From assembly GCF_009914755.1 (NCBI RefSeq), contig NC_060927.1: DNA of 64,000 nt; one strand, 5' to 3'. The notes under the pieces were generated by a model. That model was not told the DNA's origin and did not search any database. It saw only the letters and a program-made list of their open reading frames with translations. Within the stretch, counting starts at the first letter, position 1; every line of letters begins with the position of its first letter. A program made the translations under genes and the position numbers. The DNA is from the human T2T-CHM13v2.0 reference genome, Homo sapiens. Shown piece after piece: positions 1 through 17,105 of this stretch.

Positions 1-109
1 CTCTTTTACATGCCAGACACCTCACTCACTCTTAGAAGACATTTCAGTGGATACAAAGATGGTGACTTTCAGATCAAATGGAAACTTTGATGTATTCGTG
101 TCTAATGCT

Positions 110-520
110 AGATGTTATAATACCTAAAGCCCCAGTGGAAGTTTATTTCTCACTCATCTAACACTCCAGTGAGGCTTTCTTCTGGACAGCCAGGCAGTTA
201 ATTAGGGACTCAGTGTAGCGGAGTCTCTGCCATTGTCATTGTCTGCCATTGCCATGTGACTTCCAGGTTTTCCTGAAGGTCATCTTCACCTCAGCTGGTG
301 GGAAGGAGGAAAGAGTGTGTGGAAAAGTGCTCATGGGAGGGATTTTTGTTTGTTTTGTTTTGTTTGGCTCAGACCTACAAGTGGTACACATCCCTTCCAC
401 TAACATTATATTCCACTCAAATTCAACCATGTGGTCAAATCCGAGGGCAAGGGAGGCTGGACAATGTAGTCCAGCTGTGTTCAGAAAGAAGAGGAAATAG
501 GTTTCAATGTACAACAGTCT
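110..520 (-). mobile_element. Old MaLR solo LTR (MLT1J/K-like)
   Basis: Antisense MLT1 motifs such as 'gtttatttctcactcat' and 'gcaagggaggctggacaatgtagtccagctgtg'; heavily diverged. Confidence 0.55.
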
Positions 521-644
521 TCGCTAAAAACGACATATTAATTGAGGTGATGGGCAAAAACAAATGTAAAACCAAAAATAAATATATATTTAATATATGA
601 TATGCTTTTAAAAATATATTTTATTGAAAAAATAAATATTCCAT

Positions 645-743
645 AAGGGCAGGGAATGGTGTCTGCCTGGCCCATCATTGTACACTCAGCTGCTTGCACA
701 GTGCTTGACACAGGCAAGGCAGTAAATATGGGTTGAGTGAATG
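645..743 (+). mobile_element. L2 3' end fragment
   Basis: 'gcacagtgcttgacacag...taaatatgggttgagtgaatg' resembles the L2 3' terminus. Confidence 0.6.
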
Positions 744-1184
744 CCATGTCTCACCAGTTCTTCCCTGAAGGGCTACTTTGGGTCCCTACTTGTCTATTAC
801 TTCCGTGGTTCCCCTTGATGCTTACCTTGGGGTCTCAATTCATGTGACAATGAACTGGGAGCTGGTGGCATTTCTGTACTGAGGGAGTGTTCAGACCATA
901 CTGTCTAAAAGAAGAGAGACTTTCTTTATTTTCCAGACTTCGGAGGTTCAAGTATGATTCTTATTTAGATAGAGAGGTCATTAGAAAGGTAGAAAAAGGG
1001 AATGAAGATGTTTATTTCCTAACAAATGCTATATATACCTTAACTGAAATACTGAACTTATCTAAGCTCATGTCACATTTTTCATGCCTTAAATAGAACA
1101 CACTTTCAAAGCTCTCCCAATGCAAAATAAGCTGACTGTTTGCTGGAATTTTGGAGGAATATTCTTCTAATCCTGATTAATATT

Positions 1185-1610
1185 TAAAACTTTTCATTGA
1201 AGTAAAATACGTATATCAAAAGTCTATAGGTCAATGAATTTTCACAAACTGACCACACGTGTGCAGCCAATGCCTAAATCAAGAAGTAGATATTACCTTT
1301 ACCCCCAATGCCAACCTCAGGCTTCATTCCTGTCCCTACCTCCTCCTGAGGGGTAAGTGTGATTCTGGCTTTTATCAACATCACCAAGAGTTGCCAGTTT
1401 TGTCCTCAGAAAAGTTAAATAATGCAGCATGTACTCTGTCCTGTCTGGCTTCCTTCAGTCAACAGCATATTTATAAGATTCACCCATACTGTTGTACATA
1501 GTCTTCATTGCTGTATGGTATCCTGTTATTCAAATATATGACAATTTATTATACAGTTCTACTTTTTGTGGGCCTTTAGGAAGTCTTTGGTTTGGGGCTA
1601 TTGCAACTGG
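1185..1610 (-). mobile_element. Old L1M (L1ME/MC-type) 3' fragment
   Basis: 'aatgaattttcacaaactga', 'aagattcacccatactgttg' and 'tttggggctattg' are typical antisense L1M 3' sequence. Confidence 0.65.
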
Positions 1611-1767
1611 CTAGTACTGATTAAGTTTTTAAAAAGTAGTTCTTTGTTATGAAGCCAATATACATTCAACCAGTGATTTGGTCACCAGATTCTATTAACA
1701 GAGTTATGTTATTGTAAGTTATTCCTTTTTCAGTGCTTAGACTTTTTTCCTATTAGTAAAATAAATG

Positions 1768-2630
<863 letters not shown>

Positions 2631-3496
2631 TTCTTAGCTGATCATCTACCACATAATCTGTCTTGTCCCCTGCCAAAACTTGGGGGAGGAAGGAAGGCTG
2701 CCAAGTCTTGCAGGTTTTGTGGAGAAATGAGTCGATATGGAGAAAGGGTGAAGGTGATGGTATAGAGGAGGAAGGGTTGCTACACAGGTTGGGAAGTGGC
2801 AATGGGAAGTCAGGATAAACATAACATCTCCTGCTCTTCATTACTTTGGATGTATTCATTCATCTAGCAAATATTTAACGTGGGAGCCTTGAGGCAGTGT
2901 GATAGACTGACAGGCAATTTCTGGAAGCAGCATTATTCTAAGAGGCTGCCTGTTCAGAGGGTGGTAAACATTTGGAAATCAAATTGCTCAACCAGAAAAC
3001 AGAGAGAGGCACTGAAGTAGGGATCCAAATGACATTGGGACACACAAGTGTCAGTAAGTAAGGTGGTTACAGAAGCCATAGAGTGGGGAGGGCCTGAGGC
3101 GATTCCTGAGCTTCTCTATGGGCTGCAAGTGACTGGCAGGTTCCTACACATTTTTCATGTGGGTCCAATTTAAGGAGCTAAGTTGAAAGTGTAGGAAATT
3201 TCAGTATTGCTGTGGAAGTAGAAAAAAAAAGCAGTCTGTGAAGCTGCTAAGTCAGTGTGTTGGCTGTAGGTGATGGTTCCAGAGGGCTGCAAGGAACTTG
3301 GCCATTGGCCAAATTACTGGAGAAGGGTTCGAGATTAGGAGAACCTGGTCGTCATGTATTTTTGTAATTAAATGAAGGTGAGACATAGTTTGGAATCAGT
3401 AGTCCTTAAAGTTGCAGTCAATTTCAGGTGACATCACTGGTGGTTACTGGCTCAAAAGGGATGTCAGGGTTCCAGGGTCCAGAAAGAACTGGTCAG

Positions 3497-4497
3497 TGAT
3501 AGTGCAGTCGCATTATTGGTGCAGCACTAATATCACCCCTGTACCACTTTAGGGCACCCCAGTCTATCAACTGCCAGCACCTGATTTTCTTTGCCTGAGG
3601 GCTCTATCTTGTCATTGGAACCAGCTCTGCCACCAGAATAGACAGAATATTAATGTTTCTCTCTTGTCATCCCCTTACCAGTGACTGATAGGATTTTATG
3701 TGTAAATACCCCAAATTCCCTTGCCCCTCAAAGGAATAACTTTGAGGTGTATGTTCTGTTCTGGCTCTAAGTGAAATTAAATTCCAGTAGCTCACATTGG
3801 TAGTTGGCTTGAAAATATACCCTTTAGTGACTGCTTTTACTTTTGACTTTCTTTTAAAACATGATGAATTACTAAAAAATATAAGTATAATAAGGACAAC
3901 AGATCACGAGATGATTCCTATTGTAAAGATAGTTTATTACTCACAGTTCCAGGAGGAGGGGGCATGCCATCCCAGCAGGGGAAGGAGGGTGAAGTATTGG
4001 GGGTGGTCAGGAAGCAGAAGGAGGGAGGAACTGTAGGTTTCTGAGGAAAAGAATGGGTGAGGCAGGGTAAACAGGACTGGCTTATTTGAACAATTTCAAA
4101 GGGCTCTGAGATATAGGGGCTACCCCATAGTTGTCTGGTATCTGGCTCTGGAATGATTAGACCAGATGGATTATGGCTGGGAATGTGACAGCCTAATAAA
4201 GGAGGTGTTTAGGGTGTGGGCTGTGGATTGGTGGGTTTGTATTTGAAAACTGCATTCATAGGCAAGTTGTTAACCATCTCCAGGAACTGGCTAACCCTGC
4301 GCGTGGCAGAACTTCCAGAGTCAGCCAGGCCCCAGATGTCAGAGCATCACAATTCAGAAATAGAAGGCATGAGTAATACAGATGCTTGCTTCCCTTCTCC
4401 CATGTGAATGATTCTGTCTCCTCTCAAACAAACTACCCGAATTCAAATCCTTTTCTTAGGCTGTGCTTCTGGGGGGAAATCCAAACTAATCTAGACA
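3497..4497 (+). mobile_element. LTR33-like ERVL solo LTR split by a MER74 LTR
   Basis: 5' part has 'aactgccagcacctg...tttgcctgagggct' and 'taaatacccc'; the 3' end resumes after 4380 with 'tgcttctggggggaaatccaaactaa...gaca'. Confidence 0.7.
3862..4380 (-). mobile_element. MER74-type ERVL solo LTR
   Basis: Reverse complement begins TGTATTA...gatgctctgacatctggggcctggctgactctgg and contains 'ccaatccacagcccacaccc' and 'ccagacaacta', as in MER74. Confidence 0.8.
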
Positions 4498-4696
4498 GTG
4501 ATGGTGTCTCTTTTAATAATCTGGATTTTAGGTGACTAAGGTGGTGGCAGTAAGAATGGAAAGAAAGGGATTCTCTAGAATGTGTACAATATTTTCAATC
4601 TTGGAACATGTTAGTTGAATAGAAATATATATGATTTACATGTATATATTCCTCTAAAATGAATTTAATCCCAGTCATTATTATTAGCTGCTTAAG

Positions 4697-4888
4697 AAGT
4701 GGGCTGGTGCCAGGTTGTATCACCCCTTGAGAATTGATTACTAAATATCCAGAAAACTTGAAAGCTGGTAGTTAAACTTTTGGCAGTTTGAAATTTACCA
4801 TGGTGAGAGTATTTACACAACCAAAACTGGCAAATGCTGCAAATCAGAGCTTTTCTCCACAGAGAGATGCTTTACCAGCACACTACTG
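4697..4888 (+). mobile_element. MER63A-like non-autonomous hAT-Blackjack element
   Basis: 'ccatggtgagagtatttacac', 'ggcaaatgctgcaaatcagagc' and a 3' TIR 'tttaccagcacactactg'. Confidence 0.75.
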
Positions 4889-5944
4889 CAATTATGGCAA
4901 GTTTATGAATAAAAGAACATATTGTCATGGAATTTTGGTGTTGAGAAAGTCATCGGGAATCATCTAATCAAAAATCCTGAGTTCAAACAGATAATGACAC
5001 CCAGATAAATTTAAGGGAATAAATTGCCCAGAATGAGAATTGGTGGCAATGCATAGGCTAATACCAGTCTCTTGGTAAATAAGAATCCTCACAAATGTAC
5101 TACCTGGGCTGATGCATTAAATCATTATAAATATTACTAGTGTTGGCATTTTTAAATGTTCACATTGTATTTACAGAGTAGTGTGTGTGTGTTGAGGAGG
5201 AAGAAGAGGAAAAGAAAAAGGGGGAAAGTTTTTCACACTATTGACAGTGCAATTTAATAAGGGTATTTTGTAAAACGCTGAAAGAAATAAATAAAAATTC
5301 CCTGAGCATTCATTGACACTGTAAATATGGAAAGTCTGTTATTGAACAACAGTTAAATAGATGCCAAGGGAGAACATTGTGACAAAATCTCAACAAAATA
5401 TCGATATGAACATATTTCTGTTTGTGTGAAAATATGTTCTCTCCATATGGGAAGGGAAACTGTAAGGAGAGAAATGTAAACAACACATTGAAGAAATGTT
5501 GAGTGGAGAAGCTGTTTATCTGCCAGAGCAAAGCACTCCTCTTCATTCTGTGAATTTTCCTAGAGAGGTTGTCATAAAATTTATTTACACAAATAGGAAG
5601 CCAATTCTTCCATTCAAGGAAAAATGACAGATTTTAAGGGCTGTTACTTGGTAAGGATGAAAACACACACAATATGGTTATATTCTGAGCAGGTATTTTA
5701 ATTGAATCACCAGAACTTTATAAGCTCCAGAGAAAGATTAAATGATTTTATTTTTAGAGAATTATGTATAATAACATATTAACCTATAGAAATTTATATT
5801 TGGCATCATTGTTCGTGTTCCCAAGAGTCCAGCATGTCTTAAACTCAGGAGGTCTAACTGGGAATTCAGTCCACAGTTTAAAATATTTCATAACAGGTTC
5901 TAGATTAAGAAAAATCGGAATACCATCTTCCTAACAGTTTTCTT

Positions 5945-6277
<333 letters not shown>

Positions 6278-6287
6278 TAAAACATAT

Positions 6288-7032
<745 letters not shown>

Positions 7033-7079
7033 TTAAAAGGAAGAGATCAAGCTAGCTAGAAATATGAAAAATAAAACAT

Positions 7080-7487
7080 CTCCAAACACATTCTACTAGC
7101 CTAGCCATGAGAAATACCTCAGACAAACTCGGGTAGGGGGACATTCTACAGATATCTGACCAGTATTCCCCAAAACTCTCTAGGTCATCAAAACAAGAGT
7201 CTGAGAAACTGTTACGATCAAGAGAAGCACAAGGAGACAGGACACCAACAGTAATGTGCTATCCCAAAAGGGATCTGGGAACAGAAGAACAACATTAGGG
7301 AAAACTGACAAAATCTAAGTAAACTATGGACTTAAGTTAATAACATATCAATGTGGATTCATTAATTGTGATAATTCTACCAGGCTAATATAGGAGGTTA
7401 ATAATAGAAAAAACTGGGGGTGGGGAATACAGGAATTCTGCAATAATTTTATAAATCTAAAACGGTTCTTAAAAGTTTATTAAAAAT
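7080..7487 (+). mobile_element. L1MD/L1MC-type 3' UTR fragment
   Basis: 'ggacattctaca', 'gtctgagaaactgtt' and the terminus 'taaatctaaaacggttcttaaaagtttattaaaaa'. Confidence 0.75.
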
Positions 7488-7935
7488 GAAGCAGAAGCTT
7501 ACATTTGGGGAAAATAAAAGATGTTCATTTTAGCTTTTGTTTTTTATGCACTATTTATGTACAGTCTTATCACACTGCTGTCATAAGAAACAGCCATGTG
7601 CTTTATGCAGGGAATGGAGAAATAAGAGGAGTAAAGAATATAAAGGCAAAAATCAGCGATGACAATTGAGGACTCTGCCACTGACAGTGTACGGTGGGGG
7701 TCAGATGAGCTCTGATACGAAAATTACCCAGTATCCCAACCACTGGGCACCTTATGCCCATGAACCCTTTTATTCTCAGTGAATAACTGTGTTAGCAGGA
7801 GGTATCTTGAAAAAAAAAAGAAATCAAGATGCAAAGTTCAAAGATCTTTATGGAGCCCTGGTGGGGGAAAAGAGGTCCATTGACAATTAAGAATGCTTTT
7901 CACACCTATGTTTGTTTCCTGTGTGTAACCTTTTT

Positions 7936-8815
7936 TGTAGTAGGCAGTCTCCAAGGATGTCCACCACCAGTTTCTTCCCTCTATGTATATACATGCTGCT
8001 CTTCACATTAAGAGTCAGAATCCGGCTGGGTGTGGTGGCTTATGCCTGTAATCCCAGCACTTTGAAAGGCTCAGGCCAGAAGATTGCTTGAGCCCAGGAG
8101 TTTGAGACCAGCCTGGGCAACAGTCTCTACAAAAAATAAAAATTAAGAAATTAGTCAGGCATGGTGGTGCATGACTGTGGTCCCAGTTACTCAAGAGGCT
8201 AAGGGTGGGAGGATCCCTTGAACCCAGGAGGTGGAGGCTACAATAAACCATGATCATTCCACTGCAGTCCAATCTGGGTGACAGACTGAGACCCTGTCTC
8301 AAATAAATAAATAAATAATAAAGAGTTGGAATCCAATCTCTCTTCTCTTGCATCTGGGTTGGGCTGAGTGACCTGCTTCACTAATAGCATGTGAAGGAAC
8401 TGACATTTTGAAACTTCTGAGGTTGTATCATAAGAAGCATATGGCTCCTCCTGGGCCACTTGGGAGGCTAGCTCGTGTTCTCAGGATTCTCCTTGGAAAC
8501 CAACTACCATACTGAGAGGAGAGCAAGCCACATGGAGAGGCTATGTATAGGTACTCTGGTTGAGAGTCCCAGCTGAGCTTCCAGCCTCCAGACAGCCAGC
8601 ATTAGTTGCCAGCTATGTGAGTGAGCCATTTTGGATGTCCAGCCTGTCAAGCATCATATGATTCCAGTGTTCCATACGTCTGTATGGAGATCCCAAGGAC
8701 TAATATCTCAATGTGCACAGTCGACCCATGGAACTGTGAGAGAAAATAATAAATCATTATTTTAAGCCACGGAGTTTTGGGGTGATTTGTCAATCAGCAA
8801 TAGATAACTGGAATT
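7936..8815 (+). mobile_element. MLT1H-like MaLR solo LTR interrupted by AluJ
   Basis: 'aagccacatggagagg', 'ccagctatgtgagtgagccat' and 'ttttaagccacggagttttggggtgatttg...gcaatagataactg'. Confidence 0.8.
8024..8320 (+). mobile_element. AluJ
   Basis: Dimeric Alu with (TAAA)n tail; TSD aagagt(ca/tg)gaatcc at 8010-8023 and 8321-8334. Confidence 0.93.
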
Positions 8816-9229
8816 CTCCCTAAAAAAAGCAACCTATCTAGATATTTTCCAAAGTTTGACCAGTAGATGAGTTAGGCTTCTGAGATCCAATCTGCACAGT
8901 CCCTGTAGTATGTAGCACTATTGAAAATCAATCACACTTAGTTAAACATAGCATACACTGAAAGTATTTAGCACTGGTGTTTGACAATAAACAAGACAGA
9001 TTTAAATTCTGTTCTTATAAATAAGTGGAATAAAGCTATTAAGGCTCAAAAAAGGTTATATCTTTAACAATTTTTTAATTGGCTATATTTCCCCTCAGTT
9101 TTAATACCTCTTTCACTCCCTTAGGATTATAGAACTGTATGTAAGAGTAAGAGCTAGAAAAATTTTTTAAAAAATTAATTGTTACTTTTTTTGGGTCACC
9201 CTTAAGTTACAGCATTTTTTGTGTGTTCA

Positions 9230-9308
9230 AAAGAAGGAAAGGAAGAAAGCAAGAAGGAAAGGAGGGGAGAAGGGAAGGAGGAAGGGAGGAAGAAAGGAAG
9301 AAAGAAAA
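9230..9308 (+). repeat. Purine-rich (GAAG/GGAA)-type low-complexity tract
   Basis: Almost pure A/G run. Confidence 0.8.
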
Positions 9309-9394
9309 CCAGCAAGCACTTCGTAGTTTGAGTTGACTGCCTTCTATGTTTTATCCTTCTATATCTCTGCATATGTTTACCAAAGGAAAAATTA

Positions 9395-9625
9395 TTTATC
9401 AAGTTTTTGCTACATACCCTAGGTATTGTTCTAAGTGTTTCATGCATATTAGCTAATTTAATAGCCACAACAACCCTGTGAGTTGGGTACTGTTATCATC
9501 TTTACTTTAGAGTTAAAACATACTGAAGCACAGAGTGTTTAAGAAATTTGCCCGGGATCGGCTAGTTAGCATTAAAAGGGGATTTCACACTGAGGGCATC
9601 TGATTCCAAGACTTGTTTTTAATTG
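9395..9625 (-). mobile_element. MIR
   Basis: 'acaacaaccctgtgag...ctgaagcacagagtgtttaagaaatttgccc' is the antisense MIR core. Confidence 0.75.
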
Positions 9626-9959
9626 TCACTAAACATCTGCAAAGTTTAATAAGGCAGATTTCAATTTTAGTTATTTATATTATAAATAAATAATATAAAT
9701 AAATAAATACAAATAAGTATATTTAAGGCACAGTTACAGTTAGCTATGTATTTCCACCTTTGGTTTATTATCAACTCAACAGCTCAAGATAGCTACTTTT
9801 GCAACACTTGAGTAAGGAGACCTGCATTCCTTGTGTGCATGAATATGAACATGTATCCTCTTTCAAAGTTTCAGCTTTGATAGACAAAAGTGTTGGAAAG
9901 CAGCAAAAACAAGAACAAGCCACCGCCAGAAAAAACAAACAAACAAAATCAAACCATAG

Positions 9960-10290
9960 GGTCAGATAGACTTGGTTCTGCACCTTGACTCTAGCTCTTG
10001 GGCAAGTTATGAGACCTCTGCTTCATTTCCTCATCAGTGAGGGGGGCCCTAATGGCACTTCACCACAGGGTCACGAGGAGTAAATGCATTTCTGTACATT
10101 TAGTACCTGACACATTGTAGAAGCAGCTAAGCACAGTGATTAAAATCTTGGGGTTTGGAATCAGAGAGACTGGGATTGGAAACCTATGCCTGGGTTATCT
10201 ATGTAACTTTGGACAAATTACTTGATAATTACTGTGAGGAATAAATGGGATAATGTTTGTAACACATCTGGTATACAATGAGAGCGCAGA
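9960..10290 (+). mobile_element. Two adjacent MIR fragments
   Basis: 'cttgggcaagtta...cctctgcttcatttcctcatc' and 'ggaatcagagagactggg...tttggacaaattactt...tgtgaggaataaatg'. Confidence 0.65.
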
Positions 10291-10414
10291 GTCTAGTTAT
10301 GGTGATGCTAATGTCAGATCTACTCTGCCCTCTCTACCTCCTTCCATTCCACACCCTCTCATCCTTCAGTAGAAACTGGCATGGTTGTGTCAATGGAAGT
10401 TGTCTTCCTCACTT

Positions 10415-10712
10415 TGTTTTTATTAAGGAATAATCTAGATACAGTAGCTTTACCATTTTTAGTGTACATTTCCATGTTTTGATAAATGCATACAGTTGAG
10501 CACAACAAGATGTCATATTCCATCATCCTCCAAAATTCCTACCTACTACTTTCCAGTCAACTCCTAGCTCAATCCTCTTGGCAACCGCTAGTTTGTTTTC
10601 TGTCCCTACCATTTTGCCTTTTCTAGAATGTTATATAAATGAAGTCATAGAGCAGGTAGTATTTTGAGTCTGATGACTTTATTCACTTAATATAATACTT
10701 TCAGATTCATCC
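10415..10712 (-). mobile_element. L1M (L1ME/MC-type) 3' fragment
   Basis: 'ggcaaccgcta...ttttgccttttctagaatgttatataaatgaagtcata'. Confidence 0.7.
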
Positions 10713-13700
10713 CCAATAGATTTTAGTTGTTTTTAAAAATATACTTTTTTTCTCTCTGTTGCATCATGCTGATTGACATAGATGAACTCATTAAGGGTGG
10801 AATCTCAAGAGTCTTTCTTTCACTCAGAAATTATTCATTCTTTGGTTCACTGAAATACCGGCAAACAAAACAAAAACCAAAAAGCACAAAACAGCACTGG
10901 GATACGAGTTTCAACAAACTTAAAATAGTATACCATGACAAGAAAAATATAATATCCCCCCCTTTCACAATTAAAAGTTAAAAAAGGAAAAAAATCATTA
11001 TTCTGATATCCACCTTCCCTAAGTTTTCCCTTCGTTATACAGGAATGCTTTCTTTAGTGACTTGACCACACAAATCTGCTGCATCTCATTTGACTTCAAT
11101 GACTTGAATACCATTTTGAGGCACTTACATCTTCTGCTTTTAGCCATAATGTGATTTATACATTCATGCTGACTCCATACATGCTAGTTGGCAATGGATT
11201 GAAATGAAACCTGCTGAGGAGAATCCGCTGACAGTAGGAATTCAGGAAGATGAACAGGCTTAGGAAAAATGGCCATGATCTTTTCCCATGCTTTTTTCTC
11301 ATTTTAACTCTTGGAGAATTCAAATCTTGGCTTCTCAGAACTTATTGCAGGTCTTAAATAAGGACATAGAGAAAAAAAGGACATATGGAATTATGTTTTT
11401 TTTTCCTGGTATTGGGATGGGGAATGAGAAAAAGAAGGTTAGAGATGATTAAAATGGGATGGCTACAGCAGAATTTGGGTGAATTAAAGCTATTAAACTT
11501 ATCATCAATTTAGTGCAATAATTCTTCCAAACCATAATCGTAAACTTGAAGTGCATTAGTATTTCTAAATCTTTAGTTGACATTTCTGTTACAGAAACTG
11601 ATAGTTGATCTCTGATATCCATTCTGATGGCAATCTAGTAGCCCAGTTTGTTCATTCCACAAATAATTTTGAGTGCCTACTAGGCATGATACTAGATATA
11701 GGAGTTCAATGGTGAGAAAAACAGCCAGCTCTTGTCCTTATGGAATTTACAAGCTTGTATGCTGATGATAACCTCCCAAGATTTCTAAGAATGCCATGGT
11801 ACAAATGTACTCACATAACCATCCTCCAAAATATGGCAGTCACTTTGATAGGAGGAGGAACATATGAGAAGTGGTATGTTTGGTTTGAAAAATAAAAGAG
11901 CAGGACTTTAGAGACTTTGAAACTGAATATTGTCAGCCAAAGAAATTCCTGGATACACAGAAGGTGTAAAACCTATCTTTATTTTGTTGTACCTTATTAT
12001 TTTCTTACAATGGCACTTTTAAAAAAGATTTGATATGACTATGAAATAGAGAATTACAGCCAGGTAAAACACACACATACAAACGACAAAAACAACAAAG
12101 CAAAAAGGGAAAAAAGGCAATTTCCCAAATGAATTAGAAGAAAATCAGGATAGATATTTTGAAATATTGGAACAAAGTTAAAGTGAAATTGTGAAGTTAG
12201 AACCCTAAATGCATAGTATAAGAAATGCATTCCCTACAGAATGTATGCTTGCTAGAGGCAGATCACAAATTTGAACCTCCTCTGATTAGTAGCAGGAAAG
12301 TATTGATCCCATGATTCACAACACAAATATAAAAGCAAAGAGCTGCTTAGAAGAAGCAAAACTATTCTTGGTACTGAGACACAGGAGACATTTCTTCTGT
12401 GAGTCTTTTGAGGAAATGGTAAAGTTGGTGTTAATAAAAGTAAATATCCATTTCTATTGTTATACTTATTGCCTGTGGTAACATGGACACAAAGGGTTGG
12501 AAATAAGACATTTATGAATTTTCCTTGGTTCTCTGATAATGCCATGTGTTCCCATATGGAAGATGTATCTAGATATTTTCCTATAAACATAAGGGATGTG
12601 TTCTTGCGAGCACCAGAAGACTGAGAACTCTTCGACCTCCAGCCTGGCTCCAAGAGCTCTGCTGTAGGAGGCTACTCCCACCAAATGCTCTTCCTGCCTG
12701 TGTCCCAGGGCTTGAGACCATTGGCTACAATGCTGAAGGTGATCCCAGCCATCTATTGTCCTCTTCTATTCAAGGGACCTCCTCTCCTTCTGTCTGCTGC
12801 TCCTGACATTCTGCTCGTGTCTTGGTTTCCATGAGACCATGCTTTCTGATGGTCCTCAAAACTTTTTCTTTGGTCTCCGTCTCATGTCATCCCTCTTGAC
12901 TCATAAGTTTTGGCTTGTTGGTCAGCATTGACATCCCCCATGGGTCATGAAATTAAGGTTCTTCTCCTTTCTATGCTAAATTCTGAAATGAAGCCAGAAA
13001 CAAATTATCTTATTCTCCTAACTTATTGAAGTCCCTTTACTGGTAGACTTTTTCATTAGCTTGATTGTTAAAGCCATGAAGTCTTTTCTTCTTAGTAACT
13101 AGGGTCAAGATTTTTGAAGACTTATCTAGAAGCCAATTTAGTTGCAGAAAGGACTGTTCTGGATCTAAACTGTTTTTTCCCCAAAGCTCAGCCAAAGCTA
13201 GCAAATTGAACTTAAGGGCCTTGACCTTCCTTGGGACAGGGACTATCACCACGGTTTTCCTCCCATCTGCTTAGGGATCTTAGCCCTAGAGTTTCTACCG
13301 TCGCTCCCAACTAATTCAGTTATTTCGTCTTTTAGGAGGCTCATCAATTCCATATCTCAATAAAATCATAGCTAGCCCCCTTCATCTGCTCACCCAGGTA
13401 GGCCAGGACATGCTCAATTCAACCAGTTAGGCAGTCAGTGAATAGTTTTTGAGTGCCTTCTATGTGCCAGGTGCTGCTCCAGGCACAGAATAAACTGGCT
13501 TGCTTTCTTCTTTTAGAGATAGTAATTGAGTAATACTTTCAGTGAACAAGCAGATTAGATTCTCTCTGGGACCTTCACTGAATTTTCAGGATGGAAAATT
13601 CTTCCACTGTCTTTTTAGTCTCTTATGTAGGCAAGTTCACTTTTTTTTTAATTGTAATTAGACAAGTATACATAACATCTTTTTATATAATTGCCAAAAA

Positions 13701-14420
13701 TATATCATAGCTTCATTTTAGTAGCATTTTCCACTGCTTGTTAACTCTGTCTCATTGGCAATACATTTTCCTTTTTTATGAAGGGCTTTATTATTCTTAT
13801 GTTACATGTGAGGAGATCTCAGGCACAGCAAGGCGAAATGACATTTCTGAACTCACCTCCTTATAAGAGGTAGTATCAGGAGTGGACGATGTATTTATCC
13901 ACTTTGTTGTCTCAACAGGTGATACATTTTCTATATATTCATATCCCTTCTCTTTCCTGATGCCTGTTTCTTAGAGTCTGGCTGGGTAATGAGGATGATA
14001 ACTCAACATCCCTTACAGAAAGTAATAGTTAGGCACATGTGTATGTTGTAACCAGAATAAGAATCCTGGCTACTGCAAATAACCTCTGGATGAAATTTAT
14101 TCATCCTTCCTAGAACTTAGTTTTTTTATGTGTACAATGGGTAAAAATAATTGCACCCTCTTTCCTCATGAGATAAAAGCAGTCAATAAATAATCTCCAT
14201 TATTATTACTTAATAGTAACTATAACATAGTAAAATTAAAAAGGATGTTAGAAATAATCTATTGATACATAGTTGATGCCATCTTTTGACATAATTTTTC
14301 TTCAAGTTAAACAAAAGTTTTCCAATTACACTTTGCATTTTGGTCTGACTGCATAGATTGACGTGAATATTTGGGATTGAAAAATATTGGAGACCTAAGT
14401 AGTTTAAAAATTAAGTTTGG

Positions 14421-14738
14421 AGCCAGGTGTGACGACCCATGCCTGTAATCCCAGCATTTCGGATGCTGAGGCGGGTGAGTCTCTTGAGCCCAGGAGTTTG
14501 ATACCAGCCTGGCAACATGGCAAAACCCTGTCTCTAGCAAAAAAAAAAAATACTAAAAATTAACCAGGCATGGTGGTATATGCCTGTAGTCCCAAATACT
14601 CAGGAGGTTGAGGTGGGAGAATTGCTGGAGCCTGGGAAGTGGAGCTTGCAGTGAGCCAATATCACACCATTGCGCTTCAGCCTGGGTGACAGGATTGAAA
14701 CCCTGTCTCAAAAATAAAATAAAATAAAATAAAATAAT
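14421..14738 (+). mobile_element. AluJb-like
   Basis: Dimeric Alu with (TAAAA)n tail; TSD-like 'taagtttgga' on both sides. Confidence 0.93.
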
Positions 14739-14839
14739 AAGTTTGGATTTGGCACCTATTAAAAAAGTTTCCTGATTCAATGAAAATAAAAATAGCTCTA
14801 AAAGAGTTATTCGCCCCAAGTTGATTCATATCTTAGTTA

Positions 14840-15141
<302 letters not shown>

Positions 15142-15514
15142 TCACAATGGTTATACCTATCATTTACCTGGTTTCTATTTCAGTTAGGAAATGGCTTGAA
15201 TAAGGAATATTCTCATCCATCTTGTTTCTCATTTGGTATCGTATAGGACGTTACAAGGCTGGACTGGGACTGTGCCAAGGGGAACTTCCAGAGAAACAGT
15301 AGGCTGCCATCTAATTCAGTCTAAGAAGCTTAGCAAGAGTTTATGTGGGAGATACCAGAGATGAAGGGCTTGGTTACAGAATATAGTTGATGTTAAAGAG
15401 CTATGTCTCTTGGAAAACATACATGCTAATGGGTATCTATGAAAATTGAGACGGGGGAGACACCATATATGTTACACAAAGTTTTAGACTGATGACCGTT
15501 TTCTTTCTGCGTAT

Positions 15515-15935
15515 TTTTCTTAATATTTTTGTTGCGGTGGTAAAATACATGTAGCATAAAATTTATCATCTTAACCATCTTTAAGTATACCATCCAATGG
15601 TATTAAGAACAATCATATAGTTGTGCAAACATCACTACCATCCATCTCCATAACTCTTTTCATCTTGCAGAACTGAAACTCAACACCCATTAAACAATAA
15701 CCCTGCATTCCCCTTGTCCCCTAGTCCCTGGAAACCACCATTCTGCTGCTTCTCTCTGTGGTTCTGACTACTCTAAGTACTTCAAATAAGTGGAATCATA
15801 TAGTATTTGTCTTTTCATAATTGTCTTATTTCATTTAGCATAATGTTCTCAAGGTTTACCCATGTTGTAGCTTATGTTAGAATTTATTTTCTTTTTAAGA
15901 ATAAATAATATTCCATTGCATGTTTATACCACACT
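15515..15935 (-). mobile_element. L1MB-type 3' end
   Basis: 'aactgaaactcaacacccattaaacaataa', 'aagtggaatcatatagtatttgtc' and 'aataatattccattg'. Confidence 0.85.
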
Positions 15936-15936
15936 T

Positions 15937-17105
<1,169 letters not shown>

